Shown: positions 41,243 to 50,972, numbered from the stretch's first letter. The stretch is DNA of 60,499 nt from an uncultured SAR86 cluster bacterium (GCA_902551185.1 CACDCN010000003.1:1-60499), one strand, 5' to 3'. The notes: generated by a model not told the origin, from the sequence alone. Program-made: numbers and translations.

Positions 41243-42382
41243 ATGAAATTAATACTTACTGAAGAAGAACAATTCCTTAAAGATACGGCAAAGAATTTTG
41301 CAGAAGAGAGATGTCCAATTTCTCATTTCAGATCTCTAAGGGACAATAATGATCCTATTTTATGGGATGAAGAAATATGGAAAGAAATGACTACATTAGG
41401 ATGGCCAGGGATTTTAATTCCAGAAGAATATGGTGGCTCTAACTTTGGTATAACTGGAATTAGCGTTATTTTAGGAGAATGCGCAAAAACACTCACACCC
41501 TCACCTTTATTTGCTACCGGTGTTCTTGGTGCATTTTCCATTACAAATTTTGGTAGTTCTGAGCAAAAACAAAACTATCTTCCAAAAATTGCTAGTGGAG
41601 AATTAACTACTGCATTGGCTATTGATGAATCCAGTCATCATAATCCTGCTAATACTGAAATGGCTGCAAAAAAAGATGGTAAAAAGTTTGTACTTAATGG
41701 TAAAAAAACTTTTGTTATAGATGGTGCAAGCGCTGATCTATTAATTGTTTTAGCTAGAACCTCTGGAAATAAAGGTGAAATGAGTGGGTTAACTTTATTT
41801 TTAATTGATTCCAATGATCCTGGAATTGAAAAAATTAAATTAGATATGGCAGACTCAAGAAACTATGCAAATATAAATTTTGATAATGTAGAGGTCGATG
41901 CTGAAAGTATTTTGGGTGATGAAGAAACAGGTGGTGAAACTGCTGAAAATATATTAGATATTGGAAGGATTGCTCTTGCTTCAGAAATGCTTGGGAATGC
42001 TGAGGCAGCATTTGAAACCACACTTGATTATTTAAAACAAAGAAAGCAATTTGGGGTGTTAATTGGTTCTTTTCAGGCACTGCAACATAGAGCTGCTGAA
42101 ATGTTCTGCGAACTGGAGCTTACAAAATCATCAGTTCTTGCAGCAATGAAAGCTGCGGATGAGGGTTCAAATGAATTACAAAGACTCTCTAGTCTTTCAA
42201 AGACTATAGCCGGAGAAACCCTTCATTTGGTGTCTAATGAAGCTGTTCAAATGCATGGCGGAATTGGAGTAACAGATGAGTATGATATTGGTTTTTTCTT
42301 AAAAAGAGCTAGAGTGGCAGAACAAATATTTGGAAGTTCAAAGTTTCACACTGAAAGATATGCAAATATAAGTGGTTTCTAG
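41243..42382 (+). CDS. acyl-CoA dehydrogenase family protein (379 aa), C-terminal catalytic-base motif degenerate
   Basis: ACAD fold: FGVLIGSFQALQHRAAEM and VQMHGGIGVTDEYDIGFFLKRA. The usual IYEGT position reads IFGSS. Confidence 0.85.
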   Translation: MKLILTEEEQFLKDTAKNFAEERCPISHFRSLRDNNDPILWDEEIWKEMTTLGWPGILIPEEYGGSNFGITGISVILGECAKTLTPSPLFATGVLGAFSITNFGSSEQKQNYLPKIASGELTTALAIDESSHHNPANTEMAAKKDGKKFVLNGKKTFVIDGASADLLIVLARTSGNKGEMSGLTLFLIDSNDPGIEKIKLDMADSRNYANINFDNVEVDAESILGDEETGGETAENILDIGRIALASEMLGNAEAAFETTLDYLKQRKQFGVLIGSFQALQHRAAEMFCELELTKSSVLAAMKAADEGSNELQRLSSLSKTIAGETLHLVSNEAVQMHGGIGVTDEYDIGFFLKRARVAEQIFGSSKFHTERYANISGF

Positions 42383-42400
42383 GAGAAAGATTAGAATAAA

Positions 42401-43285
42401 ATGAAAAATATAGCATCAAGTGTAATAGGCTTGATAACTTTTGTGCTAATTCTCATAGAGCTAATAATTGGATTCGGGACTCTTGCAATTATAAATATCC
42501 CAAGAGGAATTATTCCCTTAAAAATCTTTAAAATATACTTAGCTAAAGTATCAAATATTATTGGTGACTTAACAGTTTATGGATTAAAACTAATAATGCT
42601 TTTAATGCATGGAAATAATATATCTGTAATTAATAATCAAAAATTTGATAAAAATGAATGGTATATGGCGATGTCAAATCATCAATCTTGGGCTGATATA
42701 TTCATATTATTAGTGGCTGCCAATTACAAACTTCCACTCTTAAAATTTTTTATGAAAAGAGAATTATGGTGGATTCCTTTTGTTTTTTTAGCAAATAAGA
42801 CCTTGAATATGCCTTTTGTAAATAGGCATTCAAAAAAAGAGATAGAACAGAACCCATCGTTAAGAAATCAGGATTATAAAAATACTCTAAAATCTTGCAA
42901 AAGATTTTTAAGAACGCCATCAACAATTTTTAGTTATGCTGAAGGGACGAGGTTTACTGATGAAAAACACACTCAGCAAGGATCACCATATAACAATCTT
43001 TTAAGCCCAAAGATAGGCGGCATGGCAACTGCGCTATCTGCAATGCCAAATATAAATACATTGGTAGATTACACTGTAGTATATAAAAGTAAAAAAAGAG
43101 ATGCTTGGTCTTTTGCTAAAGGTGATATGAAGCACGTTAAGGTTTTAGTCACAAAATATAAGATCCCAGATAATTTAAAAAATAGAAATTATGCAAACGA
43201 TAAAGATTATAGGGATGAGTTCAAAAATTGGATCGAAACTATATGGGCCGAGAAAGATAAGAAAATAGAAGAATTAAAGTTCTAA
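42401..43285 (+). CDS. membrane-anchored 1-acyl-glycerol-3-phosphate-type acyltransferase (PlsC/YihG-like)
   Basis: H-x4-D motif NHQSWADIF and EGTRF motif, with N-terminal TM helices. 294 aa. Confidence 0.75.
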   Translation: MKNIASSVIGLITFVLILIELIIGFGTLAIINIPRGIIPLKIFKIYLAKVSNIIGDLTVYGLKLIMLLMHGNNISVINNQKFDKNEWYMAMSNHQSWADIFILLVAANYKLPLLKFFMKRELWWIPFVFLANKTLNMPFVNRHSKKEIEQNPSLRNQDYKNTLKSCKRFLRTPSTIFSYAEGTRFTDEKHTQQGSPYNNLLSPKIGGMATALSAMPNINTLVDYTVVYKSKKRDAWSFAKGDMKHVKVLVTKYKIPDNLKNRNYANDKDYRDEFKNWIETIWAEKDKKIEELKF

Positions 43286-43765
43286 TTCTGATTTAGTAAT
43301 AACCCATCCATTAGTATCAACATATATCCACTCATCTGGGTTAATAAGCATATTATTAATTTCGATAGGAACATTTACCTCTCCTACCCCTACAGACTTA
43401 TCAGTCTTCTTTGGATATGTATTTTTGGCATAAACTCCGATTGGAATATCTTTTATGACCTCAATATCTCTTATATATCCATTGGTAATTATTCCATTCC
43501 AATGATTATCAAATGCAGTTTGTGCTATTTGATCTCCTACCATTGAACATAACTCTGGACCAGTGTGACTGATAAAAAGAACCTTTCCCTCTCCATTTTG
43601 TTGCACTAGTTCTTTTACAACACTATTTGAATGTTCACATTTTGCGGTTTGAATTTTTCCAAAGAATTTATCTATGCCGCCATAGGAATTTAAGAAGATA
43701 TCTCCTATCTGAATATCATCATAATCATCACAAATATCTGGTACAGTAAAATTCTTCATCTTCAA
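43274..43765 (-). CDS. rraA: RraA family protein (RNase E regulator / 4-hydroxy-4-methyl-2-oxoglutarate aldolase fold)
   Basis: 163 aa, colinear with E. coli RraA (DICD...FGG.I.T.KC.EDN, VLFI..TG, GDQIAQTA, NGYIRD). Confidence 0.8.
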   Translation of the reverse strand: MKMKNFTVPDICDDYDDIQIGDIFLNSYGGIDKFFGKIQTAKCEHSNSVVKELVQQNGEGKVLFISHTGPELCSMVGDQIAQTAFDNHWNGIITNGYIRDIEVIKDIPIGVYAKNTYPKKTDKSVGVGEVNVPIEINNMLINPDEWIYVDTNGWVITKSELEL

Positions 43766-43833
43766 TAATTTTAATTATTCTAAATCTAGAGTAACTAATA
43801 TAAACTAATATAACGGAATTATAGGGAGAAAAA

Positions 43834-44991
43834 ATGAAATCACAAATATGCGACTTACTTGGAATTGAGTTCCCGATGGTAGCTTTTAGTCACTGCAGAG
43901 ATGTTGTTGCCGCTGTTTCAAAGGCTGGTGGAATGGGAGTATTAGGAGCAGTTGGACTATCTCCAGAAAAATTAGAAATTGAATTAAATTGGATAGATGA
44001 ACATGTTAATGGCAAACCATATGGCGTTGATGTTCTTATTCCAAATTCGTATGTAGGTAAAGGAGAAAATCTAGCAACTGATGATTTAAGAGCTATGATT
44101 CCTCAAGAACATAGAGATTTTAGAGCTGACCTTTTAGAACAACATGATATTAACGCCTCTGATTTAAGAAGTGATGAAGAGTCAAAGGAAATTGAACAAC
44201 TAACCAATGAAAGTTTAGGCGCTGGTCTTGAAAGAGCTCAAGAAGTTTTAGAAGTAGCATTCTCACATCCAATAGGATTAGTCGCTAATGCTTTAGGAGT
44301 TCCGCCTAAATGGATGCTTGAGATGGGAAAACAAAATAATGTTCCTGTTGCTGCGCTTGTAGGAGCAAAACAACATGCTGTCAAACAAGCTGAAGCAGGA
44401 GTTGATATTATTGTTGCCTCGGGTACAGAGGGTGGCGGTCATTGCGGAAGTGTTTCAACCATGGTACTTGTCCCAGAAATTAGAAGAGCATTAAAACCAT
44501 ATGGAAATGTTCCAATACTTGCTGCTGGCGGAATATGCACTGGAGAACAAATGGCAGGAATAATGGCAATGGGTGCAGATGGCGTTTGGTGTGCTTCAGT
44601 ATTTTTACCAACTTCTGATTCAGAAACTTCAGATAATATTAAAGAAAAAATGGTTGCTGCATCTTCAAGTCATACCGTTAGATCAAAAAGTAGGACTGGT
44701 AAGCATTCTAGACAACTTACATCTCCATGGGTAGAGGCTTGGGAATCTAAAAATGCTCCTGAACCTTTGCCAATGCCACTGCAAACCATGGTGAGCGAGC
44801 CAGCATTAAAAAAAGTAAATGATCAAGCTGCAATTGGTCATGAAGGAGCAAAACAACTTGAAACTTATTGGGTGGGCCAAGGAATTGGTCTGGTTAATGA
44901 AACAATTACAGCTGGACAAACCGTACAAAAATTTAAAGAAGAATTTATAGAATCATATGACAGAGTTAATGGATTCTTTTCTGAGGATTAA
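43834..44991 (+). CDS. nitronate monooxygenase / FMN-dependent NMO-family oxidoreductase
   Basis: GIEFPMV, ASGTEGGGHCG and AAGGI. 385 aa. Confidence 0.8.
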   Translation: MKSQICDLLGIEFPMVAFSHCRDVVAAVSKAGGMGVLGAVGLSPEKLEIELNWIDEHVNGKPYGVDVLIPNSYVGKGENLATDDLRAMIPQEHRDFRADLLEQHDINASDLRSDEESKEIEQLTNESLGAGLERAQEVLEVAFSHPIGLVANALGVPPKWMLEMGKQNNVPVAALVGAKQHAVKQAEAGVDIIVASGTEGGGHCGSVSTMVLVPEIRRALKPYGNVPILAAGGICTGEQMAGIMAMGADGVWCASVFLPTSDSETSDNIKEKMVAASSSHTVRSKSRTGKHSRQLTSPWVEAWESKNAPEPLPMPLQTMVSEPALKKVNDQAAIGHEGAKQLETYWVGQGIGLVNETITAGQTVQKFKEEFIESYDRVNGFFSED

Positions 44992-44994
44992 TTA

Positions 44995-46254
44995 TTAAGA
45001 GATATCTTTTCTGGCTTTGAATTCTAATACGGTAGCATTTATACAGTATCTAGGCATTCCATTTGGACCATCATCAAAAACATGTCCCAAATGTATGTCT
45101 GTTGAGACTGATCTAATTTCAGTTCTTTGCATGCCATAACTATTATCAGGCAATTCATACACAGATCCATCTAAAGGTTTTGTAAATGAAAGCCAGCCAG
45201 ATCTAGAAACAAATCTATCTTTTGTATCAAATAGTGGTTCTCCACTTAATTTATCAATAAATATACCATCAGGTGTATTTTTAAATATTTGATATTCTTT
45301 GCAAAATCTAGCATCGGTTCCTTTTTTGAAGGCAACATCATAAACTTCTGAATCGCCTAACTTAAATTTTCCTAGCATTTGATAAAATTGCTTAGGCTCT
45401 AAATACCCTTGATATGCAAAAATTTCTTTACCATTTTCTAAAAAAATTACTGATGGTGTAACCCAAGTTGGTGATTGTATTTGAAGGTCATGTAACTGAT
45501 CTGAAGTTCTATAAGTTAAAGGAATGCTTCCTTTATAACTATTTGTAACATCTTCTTTTAATTTTTTACAATACGGACAAAAACTCTGTGAATCTAAAAT
45601 TAATATTTGTTTGCCTAATAATAACTTTGAATTATCTATATATTCTTTTTGTTCTTGAGAAAAAACTATACCTGTAGAGAGATCAGGACAATATCCATTT
45701 GGATTCTTCTTTAAATAATCTTGATGATACTCTTCGGCTAAATAAAAATTATCTAAAGCTTCTAGTTTTGTCCTTATCTTGCCATATCCTTTTGCAGTTA
45801 AAAGGTCTTGATATTGATTGATTAATTTTTTAGCAAGATTTTTTTGAGTATCATTGGAAAATAATATTATTGATCTGTATTGAGTACCAATATCATTTCC
45901 TTGTCTATTAAGTTGAGTAGGATCATGATTCTCAAGAAAATGTTTTAATATCTTTTCAAGACTTATAGCATTATTGTTAAATGTTACTTTTACAACTTCA
46001 GCAAAGTTATTTTCATTATATTTATTTTTAAGTTGAGTAATGGTTCTATAGTTAGGTCTTACGCCATAACCATTTGCATACCCAGATTCAGCATTTATTA
46101 CTCCATCTAAAGCCTCATAGCCCTTTTCTGCTCCCCAGAAACATCCTGAGCCTAAATAAATTGTTTGTATATGGTTGGTTTGATTAGCGTTGATAGTCGG
46201 CGCTGCAAATAAAAATATTAATGCGCTAACTAAAAATTTATTTTTCAGGTTCAT
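44995..46254 (-). CDS. secreted three-domain methionine sulfoxide reductase: MsrA - thioredoxin/glutaredoxin-like (CPYC) - MsrB
   Basis: Signal peptide MNLKNKFLVSALIFLFAAPTINA. MsrA motifs GSGCFWGAE and EYHQDYL. Middle domain has SFCPYCKKL. MsrB motifs GWLSF, HLGHVFDDGP and RYCINA. Confidence 0.88.
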   Translation of the reverse strand: MNLKNKFLVSALIFLFAAPTINANQTNHIQTIYLGSGCFWGAEKGYEALDGVINAESGYANGYGVRPNYRTITQLKNKYNENNFAEVVKVTFNNNAISLEKILKHFLENHDPTQLNRQGNDIGTQYRSIILFSNDTQKNLAKKLINQYQDLLTAKGYGKIRTKLEALDNFYLAEEYHQDYLKKNPNGYCPDLSTGIVFSQEQKEYIDNSKLLLGKQILILDSQSFCPYCKKLKEDVTNSYKGSIPLTYRTSDQLHDLQIQSPTWVTPSVIFLENGKEIFAYQGYLEPKQFYQMLGKFKLGDSEVYDVAFKKGTDARFCKEYQIFKNTPDGIFIDKLSGEPLFDTKDRFVSRSGWLSFTKPLDGSVYELPDNSYGMQRTEIRSVSTDIHLGHVFDDGPNGMPRYCINATVLEFKARKDIS

Positions 46255-46858
46255 ATTTATAACCCTTACTTTTTATAAATGCTGGTCTTGAGAATAAATT
46301 CTTACTCCATCGCGTAATATTTGGTTTAAATGCTTGTTCTATTTCTAAAGCTTCAGCTAAGTTTATGGCATAACTTACACAAATGTCAGCAATGGTAAAA
46401 CGATCAGAGCATAAATACTCCCTGTCTTCTAAAGTTTTTTCTAATAGCTTTAAACGAGATACAAACCATCTGCTATATCCATCAACTGCTGCATCTGCTA
46501 CACCAGGTTCTTGTAATTTGTACCTCAGAACTACTGTTTGAGGAAAAGTTAAGGTTGCATCAGAATGAAAAAGCCAATTTAAATAAGATGGATAGTCTTT
46601 CTCATCTGGTTTAACTTGAAGATCTGTTGGTCCATATTTTTCAACCAAATATTGAGAAATTGCAACTGATTCAGTCATTTTAATATCACCATCAATCATA
46701 TATGGGATAGTCCCAAGAATATTTATATCTAAATACTCTTTCATGAATACTCTTGGAGGAAATGGCATCATAATTAATTCATATTCCAAGCCCATTTCTT
46801 CTGCAGTCCATATAGGCCTTACAGCTCTCGAGTTTTCAGTCCCGTAAATCTTAATCAT
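46238..46858 (-). CDS. glutathione S-transferase
   Basis: 206 aa. N-terminal thioredoxin-like GST domain (GTIPYMIDGDIKMTESVAISQYL) and an alpha-helical C-domain. Confidence 0.8.
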   Translation of the reverse strand: MIKIYGTENSRAVRPIWTAEEMGLEYELIMMPFPPRVFMKEYLDINILGTIPYMIDGDIKMTESVAISQYLVEKYGPTDLQVKPDEKDYPSYLNWLFHSDATLTFPQTVVLRYKLQEPGVADAAVDGYSRWFVSRLKLLEKTLEDREYLCSDRFTIADICVSYAINLAEALEIEQAFKPNITRWSKNLFSRPAFIKSKGYKYEPEK

Positions 46859-46872
46859 AAAATATGTATATT

Positions 46873-47910
46873 TTAGACTATCTTCTTATATTCATCTAAA
46901 AAATTATTTACAGCTTTTTTAGCAGAATTTAACTTTGTCATAAATGCAAAATTATGAAATAAAGTTGGGTAATTCAATAATCTAATATTGGTATTTTTAT
47001 TTTTTAATAAATTTGCATACTGCGCACCTTCATCACAAATAGGATCAAAGCCTCCAGTTACTAGAATAGTAGATGGAAATGCTTTGTTTAAATCAAATTT
47101 TAAAAGATTAAACATTGGATCATTTTCATCAGCTTTATTTTGTTTAAATTTATCCCAAAACCATGCTAAATCAGCATGTAATAAAAAATATTTATCTTTT
47201 AATAAGCTAATTGATTCCGATTGAAATAGAGGATCGCATGGTGGATATAACATTAATAAGCTATTAGGCATATCTGAATCATGCTTTGCTAATTTATAAA
47301 CTAAAGAACCAACCATGTGAGCCCCAGCACTATCCCCAAACAAGCTAATCTGATTTGCCGGAGTGCCATTTTTAATAAACCATTTATAAATATCTTCAGC
47401 CTCCCTTAATGCATTAGGAAATTTTTTTTCTGGAGCTAAGCTATATTCAAATGAATATATTTTCATATTTAAATAATCTGAAAAATATTTAACCATATCA
47501 TCGTAAGTTTCCACAGAGTCTATAGTCCAGCCACCTCCATGAAAAAATAAAATGATCTTATCTGAATCTACTTTATTTGGTATATATTCTCTCAATAACA
47601 TTTGATCATTTTCATGCTTATTAAATACATAATGATCTTTGGTTAAAACTCTTTTATTAGGCCTTAAAGATAACTTACTATTTATCTTATTGCGTTCAAT
47701 TACCTTCCTAATTTTTGGTAAATCTTTATCTTCAATTTTATAAAGTGTGCTTTCTGGATTTAGCCTTATATATGCATATGATTGAAAATCAATTTTAGAT
47801 CCTCTTATTCTGGTTCTGATTTGAGGAAATATTAACCTTAATATCCAGACAGGAAAATAAAAAAAATTTTGTATAAGAAACTTTTTATAATATTTAATTA
47901 TTTGAGACAT
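46873..47910 (-). CDS. alpha/beta hydrolase, hormone-sensitive-lipase (family IV) type esterase/lipase with an N-terminal hydrophobic segment
   Basis: Oxyanion motif FFHGGGW and nucleophile elbow GDSAGAH. 345 aa. Confidence 0.85.
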   Translation of the reverse strand: MSQIIKYYKKFLIQNFFYFPVWILRLIFPQIRTRIRGSKIDFQSYAYIRLNPESTLYKIEDKDLPKIRKVIERNKINSKLSLRPNKRVLTKDHYVFNKHENDQMLLREYIPNKVDSDKIILFFHGGGWTIDSVETYDDMVKYFSDYLNMKIYSFEYSLAPEKKFPNALREAEDIYKWFIKNGTPANQISLFGDSAGAHMVGSLVYKLAKHDSDMPNSLLMLYPPCDPLFQSESISLLKDKYFLLHADLAWFWDKFKQNKADENDPMFNLLKFDLNKAFPSTILVTGGFDPICDEGAQYANLLKNKNTNIRLLNYPTLFHNFAFMTKLNSAKKAVNNFLDEYKKIV

Positions 47911-47921
47911 TTCTCAGTTTT
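47901..47921 (+). promoter_or_regulatory. operator-like motif copy 1: TTTGAGACATTTCTCAGTTTT, overlapping the esterase start codon (complement of 47908-47910)
   Basis: Differs at one position from copy 3. Core palindrome is TGAGA-N4-TCTCA. Confidence 0.6.
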
Positions 47922-47954
47922 ATATTGACATAAAGTTGTTGAAAGTATACCTTT

Positions 47955-47975
47955 AAAACTGAGATATGTCTCAGC
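47955..47975 (-). promoter_or_regulatory. operator-like motif copy 2 (inverted): complement reads GCTGAGACATATCTCAGTTTT; perfect core CTGAGA-TATG-TCTCAG
   Basis: 18 of 21 positions identical to copy 1. It sits just upstream of an extended -10-like TGGTATATA (47978-47986) facing the TonB receptor gene. Confidence 0.6.
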
Positions 47976-48033
47976 TATGGTATATAGCTAAAGCATATTT
48001 ATTTTATATATATAAAAATCTACGGGGGATTTA

Positions 48034-50295
48034 ATGAATAAGAATTATATTTTAAATGGAATAATCTCTTTTGCACTGATATTTAATATTGGATGGGCTG
48101 TTGCAGAGCAATCAATAGAAGAAATTGTTGTTACAGCAACATTGACAGAGCAAAGTGAGCTAGATACACCTATATCAATAGATATTTTGACAGGTGAAAC
48201 TATGGCAAAAAATAATATTATGACAATGTTTGATATTTCAGACAGGACTCCTGGTATTACTATTAGCAAAGGAACTTTGAGTAACAAAATATATATGCGT
48301 GGAGTTGGATCGGGTGGTAATCAGGCATTTGACCAATCTGTAGGTCAATTTATTGATGGCGTATATCAAGGAAGATCATGGACGGTTCAAGGAACTTTGC
48401 TTGATATGGAAAGGGTTGAAATTTTAAAAGGACCTCAAACCACATACTTTGGAAATAACTCTATTGGTGGAGCTTTAAGTTTTATAACTAAGGTCCCTAC
48501 TGATGAAGATGAAACAAGCATTTCAGGAACTTTTGGTAGTCATGGAGAAAAAACTATTACCGCAATTAAAAGTGGCAGGGTTTCAGATGGTTTAAAGGCA
48601 AGATTTGCACTTTCATTTCATGAAATGGAAGGTTGGTTAGAAAATACTAATCCACTTGGAGATGATTATCCAAATAAAGATGGTTTTAATATGAGAACAA
48701 CTTTAGTGTGGGACTCAGTCGATAACTTAGAAGCTAAATTAAAAGTTGATATAGGTAGACTAGATACTGCCTCAGGCATGGGTTGGCAGCATACTAACTG
48801 TTTTGCTGATGGAAGCGGAGCTAATATTACTTTTATAATTAGTGATTGTAAGCTTGCTCTTGCAGCTCCGGGATTTGAGGGTAAATTTGATGATAAGTTT
48901 AGTGCCTCTGAGAATCAATTTGGTTATTTAGACTCAGACTCTATCGTTTTTGAGATAAATAGAACATATGAAAATCATACATTAACCTCAATAACTGCAA
49001 ATCAAGAATATGATAGTAGAGTCCCAGGTGAATCTGATCAAAGTTCAAGAGACTTTTTTCATTGGTTAATTAAAGAAGAGTCAGATCAATTCTCTCAAGA
49101 ATTAAGATTAACTAGTAATGCTACAGATAAAAGCCAATATACTATTGGTTTCTACTATCAAGCTACTGATACTCATAATACTACTAATTTAGGAAGATAT
49201 TATGTTGCTGAATGGGGTGCTGCCCTAGGGATTGGAACATCAAATCTGGCTTTAACAAGACCTTTAATTTTAGATGCTGATTCTATGTCTATTTTTGCAA
49301 CCATGACGTTTTTTGTATCAGATAAACTTCATGTTACAACAGGTCTTAGGCATACAGATGTTGATAAAGAATATCAAAGAACAAGTGGAATTGGCCTAAA
49401 TGGGACTCATACCTTTGATGACTTTAATCTAGATTTTGCTCATGAGGGAGAAGGAACACTTCTTAAAGATTCATATAGTGAAAGTGCAACCCTTCCATCT
49501 TTAATGGTTCAATATTTTAGAGATGAGAATTCTATGATCTATGCGTCTTATTCAGATGGTTTTAAAGCAGGTGGCTATGAGGCGCTCGGTACTGCTAATC
49601 CGAATAACGGTCTCTATGGCTCAGAGGGCGTAGATGCTACAGAGTTTGGATATAAAACTAGTAATGAAAAAATGAAATTGGCTGTTAATTACTTTAATTC
49701 AAAATATGATGGTAATCAGTTAAGTCAATATGTTTATCCTGAAATGGGTGCTCCCTATACTACTACCTCAAATGTGCCAAGTACAAATAAAGGTTTTGAA
49801 TTAGAGTTAAGCTACCTTATTTCGGATTCAGTTATTGCAGACTTATCATTTACACAACTTGACGCCACATATGATAAATATGAAGGTGGTACTTGTGCAG
49901 CTGGTGTATCCCCTCCGGTAGGACAAACAGGTTGTAACTACACAGGCAGAACCTTGCTTCATGCACCTGAAAATACTGGTTTATTTTCATTGAGATCAGA
50001 AAATGAGATGTCTGGCGGAATGATGAGAGAGTCATCTATTTCAATTTACTGGACAGATGACCAGTGGCATAACACTGACTACAATGTTAATAGCCAAGAA
50101 GATGGCTTTAGTAAAATTGATGCTCGTATTCAATTTTCTAAAGATGATTGGTATGTTGCTCTTTTAGGTAAGAACTTAACAGATGAATATACTAGTAGTT
50201 GGAACCAACAAACAGCATATACTTTAGGTACTGGACAGTTCTCAATTCTTGAAAGAACTAGAAGTATTGCAGTTCAATTTGGTAAAAACTTTTAA
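48034..50295 (+). CDS. TonB-dependent outer-membrane receptor
   Basis: Signal peptide, TonB box EEIVVTAT, plug domain (VEILKGPQTTYFGNNSIGGA), a long beta-barrel, and a terminal aromatic residue (...FGKNF). 753 aa. Confidence 0.93.
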   Translation: MNKNYILNGIISFALIFNIGWAVAEQSIEEIVVTATLTEQSELDTPISIDILTGETMAKNNIMTMFDISDRTPGITISKGTLSNKIYMRGVGSGGNQAFDQSVGQFIDGVYQGRSWTVQGTLLDMERVEILKGPQTTYFGNNSIGGALSFITKVPTDEDETSISGTFGSHGEKTITAIKSGRVSDGLKARFALSFHEMEGWLENTNPLGDDYPNKDGFNMRTTLVWDSVDNLEAKLKVDIGRLDTASGMGWQHTNCFADGSGANITFIISDCKLALAAPGFEGKFDDKFSASENQFGYLDSDSIVFEINRTYENHTLTSITANQEYDSRVPGESDQSSRDFFHWLIKEESDQFSQELRLTSNATDKSQYTIGFYYQATDTHNTTNLGRYYVAEWGAALGIGTSNLALTRPLILDADSMSIFATMTFFVSDKLHVTTGLRHTDVDKEYQRTSGIGLNGTHTFDDFNLDFAHEGEGTLLKDSYSESATLPSLMVQYFRDENSMIYASYSDGFKAGGYEALGTANPNNGLYGSEGVDATEFGYKTSNEKMKLAVNYFNSKYDGNQLSQYVYPEMGAPYTTTSNVPSTNKGFELELSYLISDSVIADLSFTQLDATYDKYEGGTCAAGVSPPVGQTGCNYTGRTLLHAPENTGLFSLRSENEMSGGMMRESSISIYWTDDQWHNTDYNVNSQEDGFSKIDARIQFSKDDWYVALLGKNLTDEYTSSWNQQTAYTLGTGQFSILERTRSIAVQFGKNF

Positions 50296-50330
50296 TAACT
50301 TTTTATCCCCTAAGAAGTAATTGAAATTTT

Positions 50331-50359
50331 AAAAGGGCTATTCAAATAGCCCTTTTTTT
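50331..50359. terminator. rho-independent hairpin AAAAGGGCTATTCAAATAGCCCTTTTTTT between the convergent TonB receptor and TetR genes
   Basis: GGGCTA/TAGCCC stem (extendable) followed by T7 on the plus strand and A4 (T4 on the minus strand) on the other side. Confidence 0.75.
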
Positions 50360-50972
50360 ATGCTTTAGAAGCAATAGCTCTTGCTTCTTTTGAAGAAATA
50401 CCTAAGATTCTTAATTTTGCCTCAATAGCTTGCTGTATTGTTTTATTGGCATTTTTTCCTTGAGATATCATTATTAAAGCATTCCGATTAATGGATTGCA
50501 TATTTGCAAGCAGGTTATCATTTATTTTTGTGTCATATATTTTCTTTGACAATCCAAATTCTATGTGTGCGATTAAATTTTTATTGTAGCCTCTTAAAAT
50601 GACAGGAACTTTACCACGAATATGAAATGCATCAATTATTACTTTTAATAACAAAGGATCTTGTGAGCACTTAATTAAGTTTACTTTTGTTGCATGAGCA
50701 AATAATATCGCTGGATTATCTTTTGCTGAAGACCAATCTATTTCATAAGAATCCACTATTTCAATAAGAATCCTTTCACCTATGGCATCAAGTAATTCTT
50801 CCTTATTTTTAAAATGATAATAAAAAGTTCCATTAGCTACCTTTGCAACCTTAGTAATCTCAAGAATTGAAGCGGCATCTCTACCATACTTTGCTATGAC
50901 TTTTATTGCAGATTTAATAATATCTTCTCTGGTCTTATCTTTTGAGGCATTTTTGACTCTAATTTTATTCAT
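50358..50972 (-). CDS. TetR/AcrR family transcriptional regulator
   Basis: N-terminal HTH REDIIKSAIKVIAKYGRDAASILEITKVAKVANGTFYYHFKNKEEL. 204 aa. Confidence 0.88.
   Translation of the reverse strand: MNKIRVKNASKDKTREDIIKSAIKVIAKYGRDAASILEITKVAKVANGTFYYHFKNKEELLDAIGERILIEIVDSYEIDWSSAKDNPAILFAHATKVNLIKCSQDPLLLKVIIDAFHIRGKVPVILRGYNKNLIAHIEFGLSKKIYDTKINDNLLANMQSINRNALIMISQGKNANKTIQQAIEAKLRILGISSKEARAIASKA

Noticed and set aside
43793-43812. Tandem direct repeat AACTAATATA x2 between rraA and the NMO gene
   Set aside because: There are only two copies of an AT-rich 10-mer in an AT-rich spacer. It cannot be distinguished from chance or ordinary promoter sequence.
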